Assembly (NCBI GenBank): GCA_033721795.1
Contig: JAWWAG010000001.1
Coordinates: 1 to 52,005, forward strand
From: Methylophaga sp.
GTDB taxonomy: Bacteria > Pseudomonadota > Gammaproteobacteria > Nitrosococcales > Methylophagaceae
Direction of reading: 5' to 3'
Length of the DNA: 52,005 nt
A program made the position numbers and the translations under genes. Below are positions 36,434-45,873 of this stretch, piece after piece (positions within the stretch are counted from its first letter, which is position 1; each line of letters begins with the position of its first letter). The notes under the pieces are model-generated. The model worked only from the letters and a program-made list of their open reading frames with translations. It was not told the origin of the DNA and made no database searches.

Positions 36434-39159
36434 TAGAGCCCCACAGCATTGCGACCCTTAGCTTTAACATCATAAAGCGCAATATCAGCTTTTTTCATCC
36501 AGCTGGCTAGAAGCTCACCATTTTCAGGTATCCACAGCGCCACGCCGATACTCAATTTAATGCGAATTGACTGACCGTCAAACTGCATTTTTTCGACAAA
36601 TGGCCGGCGCAAATTTTCAGCGACTTTGATAGCAGCCTGCGGACTGGGTACATCGCTGAGTAATACTACAAACTCATCACCGCCAAACCGGGCCAGCGTA
36701 TCACTGGCTCTGAGTACCGCAAGCATTTTATCAGCAACAACTTTAATCACCTCGTCACCAATATCGTGACCATAGTTGTCGTTAATCTGTTTGAAATGAT
36801 CAACATCGATGAACATCAGTGCCAGTTGTTGCTTGTTGCGACGTGCAGTCAACATCGCCTGACTGATACGCTCATCAAACAGACGGCGGTTAGGCAGTTC
36901 CGTTAATGGATCATAAAACGCCAGTTGCCGAATCCGCTCTTGTTCAAGTTTACGGGCAGTAATGTCTTCAATCTGCGAGACAAAATGCAGCACTTTACCC
37001 TCAGCATCATGGACCACTGAAACACTCAGTAGAACATCAACCGTGTTACCGTTTTTGCGGAAATAGCGTTTTTCCATCTGGTAGTGATCCAGCTGACCCG
37101 CAATCAGTTTCTCGACATATTGTTGATCGAGGTCCAGATCATCAGGATGCGTGACATCCATAAAGGTCAGCTGTAAAAGCTCATTTTCCTGGTAACCCAG
37201 CATGTCACATAAAGCGTCATTCACTTCCACCCAGCGGCCATCAAGATCCACTAGCGCCATGCCAATGGCAGCGGTATCAAAAGCATTACGAAAACGCTCT
37301 TCACTTTGCCGCAAGGCAATTTCAGCCTCTTTTCGCCAGCTGATATCACTATGCGTACCCACTGCTCTTAACGGTTTACCATCCGTATCACGTTCTATGA
37401 CCGTGCCACGATCCAAAATCCATTTCCAGCTGCCGTCTTTACATCGCATCCGGTGCTCATTGCGGTAGTCAGACTGGGTGTTATCAAGCATGGCATCAAT
37501 ATCTTTGAACACCTGCTCGCGATCGTCAGGATGCACCCTGTCAGCCCACTCACTCAACTGTGGACTGAACTCACCAGGTTCATACCCGAGCATGCGCAAC
37601 AGTTGATCCGAAAAGATGACTTTATCGTCTAGAATAGACCAATCCCAGACGCCTTCCCCGCTGCCTTCGAGAGCATGTTTCCAACGCGCTTCAGTTTGCG
37701 CAAGCTGCTGCTGGCTTAACCAGCTGTCTGTAATATCAAAACTGACACCGAGTATGCCTTCTGGTTGTCCCTGCGGATTAAATCGCAGCATACCGCTGAG
37801 TTGAATCATACGGGTTGACCCTATTTCGGGTTGTACCAAGACATCAATATTTATATCGGTCCGGTTTGCAAAGGCATGATCAATCGCCGCCTTCAAGCGT
37901 GATTGGTCCCTACTATCGAAAGTTTGCAACCATTGTTCATACGGCATCAATTTTTGTTCTGGACGCATCATTTTGCCAAACAGCAATAACGCTAAGCTGC
38001 CATCCACAAAGACTTTATCGGAAGCCAGCCGCCATTCCCAGATCCCCATTTTTGCCGTGTCAGCTGCCAGCGACAATCGCTGGTTTTGATCACGTAATTT
38101 TCGGGTCATTTGTTTGGCCAAATCCTCGGCTTGGGCCCGTCCGACCATAATTAACCAAATAACCACGGCCAAGGTTGCCGAGAATAAAACGCTGATGATC
38201 AGATTACGAAGTGGCGTAGCAGGTTTATATCGACTGATAAATTTGGCATCTGGTTGTGCTTCTAATTGCCAGATCCGGCCGGCCGCTCTGATGTTGCCGG
38301 TCAATATAAACTCATCACTGAATGGTTCGCGGGTCTGGTAAAGCACTTGTCTGTTGTCATCAGTGATATCGGTAACGCGCAGTTGCGGTCTATAGCCGCT
38401 TACCCCTAAGGTCGTGTCAACTACATCATCTATACGGAAGACCGCATAAACCCATCCTTCATGTACACGTTGATTCCGGTTGCGCTGACCATCAAGCACG
38501 CTGTTTTCACCGAACAGCGGTAAATACATCAGCAACCCTACCAATGATTCACCAGATAAATCCTGCACCAGTTGTACCCCGGCGGATAAGGCCACCTGTT
38601 GGGTATCGCGCGCCCGCAGCATGGCTTCGCGACGGTTGGCTTCTGAGGCCATGTCATAACCAAAGGCACGTAAATTGCGACCAGAGAACGGCTCCAGATA
38701 CAATATCGTAGTAAAAAACTCGCGTTCGCCTTGTGGGCGAATCGTGTAGTCAGGAAAGCCACTGTCACGAACTTGTGCGATATGCTTTTCTTTATCCTCA
38801 GGCTTGATAATTGGCGCATAGCCTATCCCCTGTAATCCGGGGTAATACAGGTCGGTTTTTAACTGAAGGAAAAAATCACGAAATCCCTGTCGTGAAACAT
38901 CTTCACTTGCATAAAACAGCCCCTGGGTAGCACGCAGCATTTGCTCATAGGCTTCAATTTTTTCTGTGATATTTAAGCTGATTTCGTTAAAGGAGGTGTT
39001 AAAGCGCGCCTCTAACGTTGCCTCGGATTGTTGTTTTGCCGCCGCATATTGTTGCAGACTGATGACAGTACCAATTAACAAGACCAAAAGAGGTAATAAG
39101 ATCTTTTTTGCTAAATTACCCTGAAAGCTGAACGTGTTTTTATGCTTGATGCTAAACAC
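36415..39159 (-). CDS. CHASE-PAS(x3)-GGDEF diguanylate cyclase
   Basis: YLEPFSGRNLRAFGYDM (CHASE); three PAS/PAC domains; RASD I-site; RFGGDEF. Confidence 0.92.
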   Translation of the reverse strand: MFSIKHKNTFSFQGNLAKKILLPLLVLLIGTVISLQQYAAAKQQSEATLEARFNTSFNEISLNITEKIEAYEQMLRATQGLFYASEDVSRQGFRDFFLQLKTDLYYPGLQGIGYAPIIKPEDKEKHIAQVRDSGFPDYTIRPQGEREFFTTILYLEPFSGRNLRAFGYDMASEANRREAMLRARDTQQVALSAGVQLVQDLSGESLVGLLMYLPLFGENSVLDGQRNRNQRVHEGWVYAVFRIDDVVDTTLGVSGYRPQLRVTDITDDNRQVLYQTREPFSDEFILTGNIRAAGRIWQLEAQPDAKFISRYKPATPLRNLIISVLFSATLAVVIWLIMVGRAQAEDLAKQMTRKLRDQNQRLSLAADTAKMGIWEWRLASDKVFVDGSLALLLFGKMMRPEQKLMPYEQWLQTFDSRDQSRLKAAIDHAFANRTDINIDVLVQPEIGSTRMIQLSGMLRFNPQGQPEGILGVSFDITDSWLSQQQLAQTEARWKHALEGSGEGVWDWSILDDKVIFSDQLLRMLGYEPGEFSPQLSEWADRVHPDDREQVFKDIDAMLDNTQSDYRNEHRMRCKDGSWKWILDRGTVIERDTDGKPLRAVGTHSDISWRKEAEIALRQSEERFRNAFDTAAIGMALVDLDGRWVEVNDALCDMLGYQENELLQLTFMDVTHPDDLDLDQQYVEKLIAGQLDHYQMEKRYFRKNGNTVDVLLSVSVVHDAEGKVLHFVSQIEDITARKLEQERIRQLAFYDPLTELPNRRLFDERISQAMLTARRNKQQLALMFIDVDHFKQINDNYGHDIGDEVIKVVADKMLAVLRASDTLARFGGDEFVVLLSDVPSPQAAIKVAENLRRPFVEKMQFDGQSIRIKLSIGVALWIPENGELLASWMKKADIALYDVKAKGRNAVGLYQSTAD

Positions 39160-39171
39160 TTTAGTTAAAGA

Positions 39172-41724
39172 TCATTTTTTTGCATGTTTCTTATCTACTG
39201 TTATGATTTTAGGCAATGGCCATTCAAAATCACTGATATAGCCTATCAAATCATGGGCTGGCATTGGCTTGGCAAACAAATACCCTTGGCCATAATCACA
39301 GCCCGCGCGCACCAACATATTGAGTTGCTCCAACGTTTCTATCCCCTCAGCAACCACTTTAAGACCTAATTTGTGGGCCATCAGAATAATTGCCTCGACA
39401 AGAACCTGATCATCGCTTTCCATCGCAAGTTGACTGATAAAGGAACGATCAATTTTAAGGATATCAATATCCAGTTTCTTTAAATAGGATAATGATGAGT
39501 AACCGGTACCGAAGTCATCCAGCGCCACTTCAACACCCATTTTACGTAATTTTTCTAGTTTTAGCATGGCAGTTTCGCCGCCATCAAATACGGTGTTCTC
39601 AGTAATCTCAATTGAAATCATGTCTGCATCAATCTCATGCGCTGCAATGATATCGGTCAGTTCCTGTGTGCGCTCATCATGTTGTTGAAACTGCTTAGCG
39701 GATTGATTAATAGCGATTTGAAAGGCTGATGAAACATGTTCTCTTAGCCAGCGTGCAACGCTGATAGCTTCATCAAGTACCCATTCCCCTATCTCCAGAA
39801 TCAAATTACTTTCTTCTGCGACAGGGATAAAAAGATCGGGAGAGACCATGCCTTTTTCTGGATGTCGCCAGCGTATCAGGGCCTCAGCTTTGATCACATT
39901 GTGCTGCTGCAAGTCAATAATGGGTTGATAGAACAGCAGCCACTGCTTTTCGATAACCGCGGCGCGTAAATCATTAATCAACACCATTTTTTTATGCGCC
40001 GCGGTATACATTTCCGGGGTAAAGAAACTAAACCGATCGCGGCCATTACGTTTCGAAACGTACATCGCTTGATCGGCATTACTAATTAACACGGCAGGTG
40101 AGATCCCATCTTTTGGAAACACACTGATGCCAATTGATGCCGTTAAGCTGTACTGGGCACCCGCAATCGATATCGGTTTTTTCAAAACTGACAGTAATTG
40201 ATAAAGCATCAGCTCCAAGTCCGGCATACTCGCCTCGTTGTCAATTACCATGACAAACTCATCGCCGCCAAAACGCCCTACGAATCCTTTATCGGTAACG
40301 AAGGCATCAAATCGTTGAGCAACTTGCAGGAGGATCTGATCTCCACAACCATGCCCTTGGGTATCATTGATATCCTTAAAATTATCCAAATCAATCAACA
40401 ACAAAGCCATGGAGGCTTCAAAGCGCTGGGCACTGATCATTTTCTGCTGTAACTGGTTTTCAAAATACTGGCGGTTCGCCAAGGCAGTCAAAGAATCGTA
40501 GTTTGCCTGCTGCCAAATCAGATTTTCTCTGGCCTTGTGATCGGTAATATCATGAATAATGCCCATAACACAGGATTGCCCCTGATAATCAACTCTGGTG
40601 GCGATGAGTTCTACCCAGATTCGGGTACCATCAGCTTTCATTAAACGCGTTTCATAGCGGGATGGAATGTCAGTTTTACCCTTAATACGGGCACGGTAAC
40701 GTTTTTGCCAGACTTCTAGGTTTTCGGGATCGACAACCTTTTCAAATGGCAGATTTATAAATGCTGAACGACTGTAACCGAGGATGCTGAGCATTGAATC
40801 GTTAGCAAACGCAAAACATTCTTCTTTGGCAATAAAGACACCATCCACCATTGAACGCAACAGGCTGTTCATGCTGGCGTCGGTATCGCTAAGTTTTTGC
40901 TCCAGCAGCCTGGCCGCAGTGATGTCACTATGCAGACCATAAATAATGAGCGCTCTACCTGCATCGTTACGTTGGGTCGCCCTGCCACGCAGGTAAAACC
41001 AGAAAAGATTTTGTTGCTTATCCAGAACCCGGTACTGACAATCCAGCGGCGTGTCGTATTCAATGCTCCTTTCAAAGGCACGCTGCAACAGAGGTGCATC
41101 GTCCGGATGCACTTGCTTTAGGAAGTTTTCCAGAGCAAAGCGCTGTGGTTTTGCCGCAAAGCCGAGAATTTTTTGCCAGACCAGTTCGCTTTCCATCATG
41201 TTGTAATCAACATCCAGCCGCCACATACTTTCTGCGGTACTGTTGAGCGCCAAACGCAGGTTGGCCTCATTTTGTTTGATGGCCTGCAAATAACGATTCT
41301 GGGCTTCCTGGGCATGGCTGCGTGTCTTTTTCAGCGCAGCAAACCGGTCCATACGGATACTTTGGTCCCAGAATTTGATTAACAGCAAATAGCGATTATT
41401 TGACTCATCAACGGCAAAGCGCATGCCCTCAAAATGGCAATGCTGCAGCCGCTCGTCAAACGTCTGTTTAGGGATGGGCATCATCTGGCCACAGCGAATA
41501 TAACGACCGACGCTTTTTTGAAAACTGATTTCCGGTGCTTTTGAAACAACTGAGAAATTGTTACAGGTCAAAATACACGGGTGAACGGCCAGAATCCGTT
41601 TACCAATGTCGTTGATATGAATGATCTGACCGTCAATACCGCAAAAAACAACTCCTTCTGTAAACGCCTTGGCGATTTTTGCTAAGTTAACTTGCTTCAA
41701 AGGGCGTGCTCCGGAAATATTCAT
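39172..41724 (-). CDS. Cytoplasmic PAS-PAS-GGDEF-EAL protein (start uncertain, 41724 or 41751)
   Basis: VHPDD PAS; RFGGDEF; AEALIRW, DDFGTGYSSL, EGIE, QGY. Confidence 0.9.
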   Translation of the reverse strand: MNISGARPLKQVNLAKIAKAFTEGVVFCGIDGQIIHINDIGKRILAVHPCILTCNNFSVVSKAPEISFQKSVGRYIRCGQMMPIPKQTFDERLQHCHFEGMRFAVDESNNRYLLLIKFWDQSIRMDRFAALKKTRSHAQEAQNRYLQAIKQNEANLRLALNSTAESMWRLDVDYNMMESELVWQKILGFAAKPQRFALENFLKQVHPDDAPLLQRAFERSIEYDTPLDCQYRVLDKQQNLFWFYLRGRATQRNDAGRALIIYGLHSDITAARLLEQKLSDTDASMNSLLRSMVDGVFIAKEECFAFANDSMLSILGYSRSAFINLPFEKVVDPENLEVWQKRYRARIKGKTDIPSRYETRLMKADGTRIWVELIATRVDYQGQSCVMGIIHDITDHKARENLIWQQANYDSLTALANRQYFENQLQQKMISAQRFEASMALLLIDLDNFKDINDTQGHGCGDQILLQVAQRFDAFVTDKGFVGRFGGDEFVMVIDNEASMPDLELMLYQLLSVLKKPISIAGAQYSLTASIGISVFPKDGISPAVLISNADQAMYVSKRNGRDRFSFFTPEMYTAAHKKMVLINDLRAAVIEKQWLLFYQPIIDLQQHNVIKAEALIRWRHPEKGMVSPDLFIPVAEESNLILEIGEWVLDEAISVARWLREHVSSAFQIAINQSAKQFQQHDERTQELTDIIAAHEIDADMISIEITENTVFDGGETAMLKLEKLRKMGVEVALDDFGTGYSSLSYLKKLDIDILKIDRSFISQLAMESDDQVLVEAIILMAHKLGLKVVAEGIETLEQLNMLVRAGCDYGQGYLFAKPMPAHDLIGYISDFEWPLPKIITVDKKHAKK

Positions 41725-42211
41725 TACCCACTTCCAGGTCAACCTTCTCATTTTGTTGCAAGTGCACCGTCACCAGACAACCACTATGGCCCGCAGCAAT
41801 CGTCTCGTTTAAAACGACTTTGGCATAGCCCAGATTGTTGGCAGCGATGGTGCCGAATACATTGGAAGTCATCATACAAAGCGAGGGGCGGCCTTTAACT
41901 TTGTCGCCAAAAGGGCAACTATTTGTGCTCAGCACGATTTTATCTTCATCTTCTGAAACAATGTAAAAATCACCCTGAATGCGTTGTTTTAAATCCACTA
42001 GCACTGAGGCCACATCGGCGCGGCTCAACTGGTTTATTTGCAATGACTGTTTGTAAGTTTTATCGATTTCATCGCCCATTTGTTGACCGACGTAGCTGAT
42101 AAATCCCGACGCATTATCAATGCCAATAATTTCTTCCAAACTGCCGGCAAGGTGTCTTAAAAGTGTACGAAGAAAAATATCGCGTTCCAGCGGAATGGGG
42201 AGCGATACCAT
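41687..42211 (-). CDS. Methanogen output domain 1 (MetOD1, V4R-like) protein
   Basis: LERDIFLRTLLRHL, LVDLKQRIQGDF, CPFG, LCMMTSNVFG, TIAAGHSGC; start at 42211 or 42226. Confidence 0.8.
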   Translation of the reverse strand: MVSLPIPLERDIFLRTLLRHLAGSLEEIIGIDNASGFISYVGQQMGDEIDKTYKQSLQINQLSRADVASVLVDLKQRIQGDFYIVSEDEDKIVLSTNSCPFGDKVKGRPSLCMMTSNVFGTIAANNLGYAKVVLNETIAAGHSGCLVTVHLQQNEKVDLEVGNEYFRSTPFEAS

Positions 42212-42460
42212 ATTTTTTTCCAGCATCTTTGAAGCCCATAACATAGTAGAACACGACTTAAATAATAATTTAATTTCTGCAGAAAACAAATATCTAATCG
42301 GCACGTTAAGAAAATTCTGAATATGAGCGATTAACTTTTTTCGCCTTTACCTAAAATCCGACGTATCCCACAAAAAACTCGAATTTGAAAGCTATTGCGA
42401 ATCATTTTTGTTATCTTGGAAAAGTGACAGGTCAAATTTGTTGTGAATAACGGAGGCTTT

Positions 42461-42838
42461 ATGAAGCAAAAGATTATTAGTTTGATAGCTTTAATCGGGT
42501 TTATGGGTTTTATCACATTGCCAGTTCAGGCAGCCTTGGTCACCACACCAGAGGTCATGCAATCACAGCAATCTGAGTATGATCGACAACAACTGATTGA
42601 GTTAATGGATCGTGAAGATGTGCAAAAGCAACTGCTGGCCTATGGTGTTGCCCCTGAAGAAGTCCAGGATCGTGTCAGCAAGATGACAGATGCCGAAGTT
42701 GCCCAGTTGAATGACCAAATCGCTGATATGCCTGCGGGGGGTATTCTCGGTGCAATCTTGTTGATTTTTGTCGTATTCGTCATTACCGATGTTATTGGTG
42801 CGACTGATATCTTTTCATTCATCCATCCGGTCAATTAA
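42461..42838 (+). CDS. PA2779-like exported protein
   Basis: GGAGG RBS; signal peptide; MTDAEVAQL, PAGG, hydrophobic VFVITDVIGATDIF tail. Confidence 0.82.
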   Translation: MKQKIISLIALIGFMGFITLPVQAALVTTPEVMQSQQSEYDRQQLIELMDREDVQKQLLAYGVAPEEVQDRVSKMTDAEVAQLNDQIADMPAGGILGAILLIFVVFVITDVIGATDIFSFIHPVN

Positions 42839-42851
42839 AACGATCTGATCT

Positions 42852-43847
42852 ATGTTTAACAACATTGCAAAGGCAAACACCCAGCAACGGCTGGGTGTTT
42901 TTTTATTAGTGGTATTGTTTTTATCTGCCTGTAGCCATACCCCTCAAACCAAAGCATTGTCAGCTTCCAGCTTTGCCGATGCTGCTAAAGAATTAGAGTC
43001 GGTACCGTTTTATCCACAAACGCAATATCAATGTGGCCCGGCAGCATTGGCAACGGTGATGCAATATCGTGATGTCGATATTCAACCTGAAGAACTGGTC
43101 GACAAAATTTATATCCCCGAAAAACGAGGCAGTCTGCAAATCGAAATGGTTGCCGCGACCCGTGAAAAAGGTTTAGTGCCTTATGTTATCGAGCCTCAGC
43201 TGACAGCCATTCTGGCCCAAATAAATGCCGGGCACCCGGTCTTGGTCATGCAAAATCTGGCTTACCAATGGATGCCTTATTGGCATTACGCGGTTGTCGT
43301 TGGCTTTGATGTGACTAAAAATGAATTGATTCTGCGGTCCGGCGAAACCAAACGCTGGCAAACCAGTTTTGCTGCTTTTGAACGTACCTGGGCGCGGAGT
43401 GATTACTGGGGGCTGGTGATTGTGCCGCCTGATACTTTACCTGCGGAAGCATCACTGACCCGTTGGTTACAGGCGGCTTATGATTTACAACAAACCGGTC
43501 AAACTGCAGCCGCGCAAACGGCCTATCAAACGGCTATTAAAGCCTGGCCTAAAGCCCCCGAACCGGGCGTTGCCTTAGCCAATTTATATTACGAGCAGCA
43601 AGAATTTATCAAGGCTGATACGGTTTATGATGATTTGCTGACAGAAAATCCCGATATTCCGGTACTGTGGAATAATCGTGCTTATAGTTTGCAAGCGATG
43701 GATTGTAATGTTTCGGCGATGCAGGCTGCCAGATGTGCGCTTCAAAAAGCACCGAAAGACACTAATATCCAATCAACAATAGCTGAAATGCAGCTAAATA
43801 GTGCAACCAATGCTGCCAATTGTCCCGTTATTACTTGTCCGGATTAA
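42852..43847 (+). CDS. PA2778-like C39 cysteine peptidase lipoprotein with TPR tail
   Basis: Lipobox LSAC; VPFYPQ, QCGPAALA (Cys), WHYAVVVG (His); TPR-like helices (LANLYY, WNNRAY). Confidence 0.85.
   Translation: MFNNIAKANTQQRLGVFLLVVLFLSACSHTPQTKALSASSFADAAKELESVPFYPQTQYQCGPAALATVMQYRDVDIQPEELVDKIYIPEKRGSLQIEMVAATREKGLVPYVIEPQLTAILAQINAGHPVLVMQNLAYQWMPYWHYAVVVGFDVTKNELILRSGETKRWQTSFAAFERTWARSDYWGLVIVPPDTLPAEASLTRWLQAAYDLQQTGQTAAAQTAYQTAIKAWPKAPEPGVALANLYYEQQEFIKADTVYDDLLTENPDIPVLWNNRAYSLQAMDCNVSAMQAARCALQKAPKDTNIQSTIAEMQLNSATNAANCPVITCPD
42875..42904 (+). terminator. Intrinsic terminator-like hairpin inside the 5' end of the peptidase gene
   Basis: AAACACCCAGC-AACG-GCTGGGTGTTT followed by TTTT. 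Confidence 0.7.
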
Positions 43848-43854
43848 AAATTCA

Positions 43855-45504
43855 TCAGCTGTCGATTAACACCACGGTTAGATCATCTTTAATATTGTCG
43901 CCGATTTTTTCAAACAAAACGGTCATCAAGAGATTGAGAGGTTGTTGGTTATTTTGCTGATTGCGCATCGCTAACCAGTTCAGTAATTCCGCTTCAGCAT
44001 CAATTGCCGGATTATCACGCATACACTCACTGAGACCATCCGAGTACATCGCCAGTGACATATTGTTATCAAATTTCAGCATCGCCGTTTTTTGGGTAAA
44101 GTCTTGGCTTATATCCACACCCAGCGGCATTAAGCTTGAACTGATGCTTTGGTGCAAATTGCCATGAGCAAAAACGCGCAATGCCGGCATCGCTGCATTC
44201 CACACTGCCATTTCTCCGGTGTTCCGGTTCAGTTCCACCAGATTGGCGACCATAAAGTGACCCGTCGGCAAATGCTCACACAATAAATGATTCAATCGGG
44301 CAAGAAGATTGCCAGCGGCACTGTTATTACGCACTTCAGCCAAAAACTGACTGCCGACCATAGGACTGGCCACTGCAGCGGTCAGACCGTGACCAGTAAA
44401 ATCACCGAGCAGAAAAATATCACGACCATCGGGCGTTGTCGCTTTCAGTACGATATCGCCGCTGGTTTGATCCAACGGCGTTAAATAATACTGAAACTTG
44501 GCATCATTGACCGGTGCCAGGGATGCCCGTACATGATTGATAATTGCTTCGACAGCTTGGCGTTCATTCGCCATCCTCTGGGCTTGTTGCTGTAGTAACC
44601 TGCGGTTTTCCTGCAATTCCAGGTGATGGCTGACGCGGGCTACCAGACTGTACTCGCTGAGCGGTTTGCTGATGTAATCGCTGGCGCCCATATCAAAACA
44701 ATGTTCTTCGGTAAACGTATTGCTGTCAGAGCTCAACATGATAATGGGTGTTTCGGCAAAGCGTGGCTGACGTCGCAAATAGCTGCATAATTCAAAGCCG
44801 GCGCTGTTAGGCAGTACCACATCGACAAAGATGAGATTAGGCTCTTCATGAATGCCATCCAGATAGCTGATGGCTTCTTCCGTGGTTTCAAAAAATGCCA
44901 GGCTGTTACGGTTGAATAAAACAGTCAGCGTTGCACAGGAAACCTCATCATCACTGACAACCAATATCTGTTTGCCTATGATTTTACGACGTTTTTCCGA
45001 AAAGCTGTTGAGCAGATCATTTTGCACCTTCGAACGATACGTCTCGAGCAAAATAGCAATATTATTGGGAATACCGCTGGGGTCACGTTTATCAGGCGCG
45101 TAACCGATATCAAGGCAAAAATTATAAAAAGTATGGTAAAAATCAGTATCACTGACTTTTTTATAACCCATGGTCCATTTTGGAAATGCCCGCTCTTTAA
45201 TGTGCTGGAATTGTAATACCTCAATATGCTTATGCCGGGGATCTTGCTTGATTTTTTCAAACAAGGCGGTGACCGTCTCGGTTTCCCCTTCAATTAACTG
45301 TAGGTATTTTTCATGGCTGCTCAGCAATATGCCGGTAATGCCGTTCGCATCATTATTTTTTCTTGAAACGTCCAGGATTTCTTGTTGATCGTCATCGGAC
45401 ATTAACGTGCTGGCACTACTTAAGTAGGCAATCTGCGTCAGATTTTTTTCACCGGCATTCAGAATTTGTTTGCCTAAAGAAATTGAAGATAAATCATCCA
45501 ACAC
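43855..45504 (-). CDS. BLUF-receiver-SpoIIE/PP2C phosphatase
   Basis: BLUF: IAYLS, NN..GITGIL, LQLIEG, DPRH, WTM; REC: IFVD, ISKP; PP2C: SGD, GDFTGHG, SDGL, DDLT. Confidence 0.88.
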   Translation of the reverse strand: MLDDLSSISLGKQILNAGEKNLTQIAYLSSASTLMSDDDQQEILDVSRKNNDANGITGILLSSHEKYLQLIEGETETVTALFEKIKQDPRHKHIEVLQFQHIKERAFPKWTMGYKKVSDTDFYHTFYNFCLDIGYAPDKRDPSGIPNNIAILLETYRSKVQNDLLNSFSEKRRKIIGKQILVVSDDEVSCATLTVLFNRNSLAFFETTEEAISYLDGIHEEPNLIFVDVVLPNSAGFELCSYLRRQPRFAETPIIMLSSDSNTFTEEHCFDMGASDYISKPLSEYSLVARVSHHLELQENRRLLQQQAQRMANERQAVEAIINHVRASLAPVNDAKFQYYLTPLDQTSGDIVLKATTPDGRDIFLLGDFTGHGLTAAVASPMVGSQFLAEVRNNSAAGNLLARLNHLLCEHLPTGHFMVANLVELNRNTGEMAVWNAAMPALRVFAHGNLHQSISSSLMPLGVDISQDFTQKTAMLKFDNNMSLAMYSDGLSECMRDNPAIDAEAELLNWLAMRNQQNNQQPLNLLMTVLFEKIGDNIKDDLTVVLIDS

Positions 45505-45519
45505 TATGCAGTACTTGCG

Positions 45520-45816
45520 CTAATCAATTTTAAATAGTTTATTAAAATTGGAAATGCGGAAAATATTTTTTACTTCATCATCACAATTCACCAGTGTGAT
45601 TTTCGCCTGTTCTTCACCTGCATACTCCCTTAACAAGAGCAACATACCCAGTGCAGCACTGTCCAGATAACGGGTATCACGAAAATCAATAACGAACTGT
45701 TGGTTTTTTGGAACGCTTTCGTAAGCTTTTCTGAATTCTGCCTGCTCACTGTAATCAAAAGTATCACCAGGCCGGATGGTGGTGATGTTGTCTTGCGTTG
45801 ACGATTTTATCGCCAT
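45520..45816 (-). CDS. STAS-domain anti-anti-sigma factor
   Basis: YLDSAALGMLL phospho-Ser motif; ISNFNKLF; ATG at 45816 after GGAG (alternative start 45828). Confidence 0.9.
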   Translation of the reverse strand: MAIKSSTQDNITTIRPGDTFDYSEQAEFRKAYESVPKNQQFVIDFRDTRYLDSAALGMLLLLREYAGEEQAKITLVNCDDEVKNIFRISNFNKLFKID

Positions 45817-45873
45817 AGATAGCTCCATTACTAAGTTGTGAACGACTTATTATAACCCTAAAAAAGATCCAAA

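Noticed and set aside
42875-42904. ANTAR hairpin in the peptidase gene (CAACGG)
   Set aside because: The loop is 4 nt in a long perfect stem with a U-tract, which fits a plain terminator; unrelated to nitrate genes
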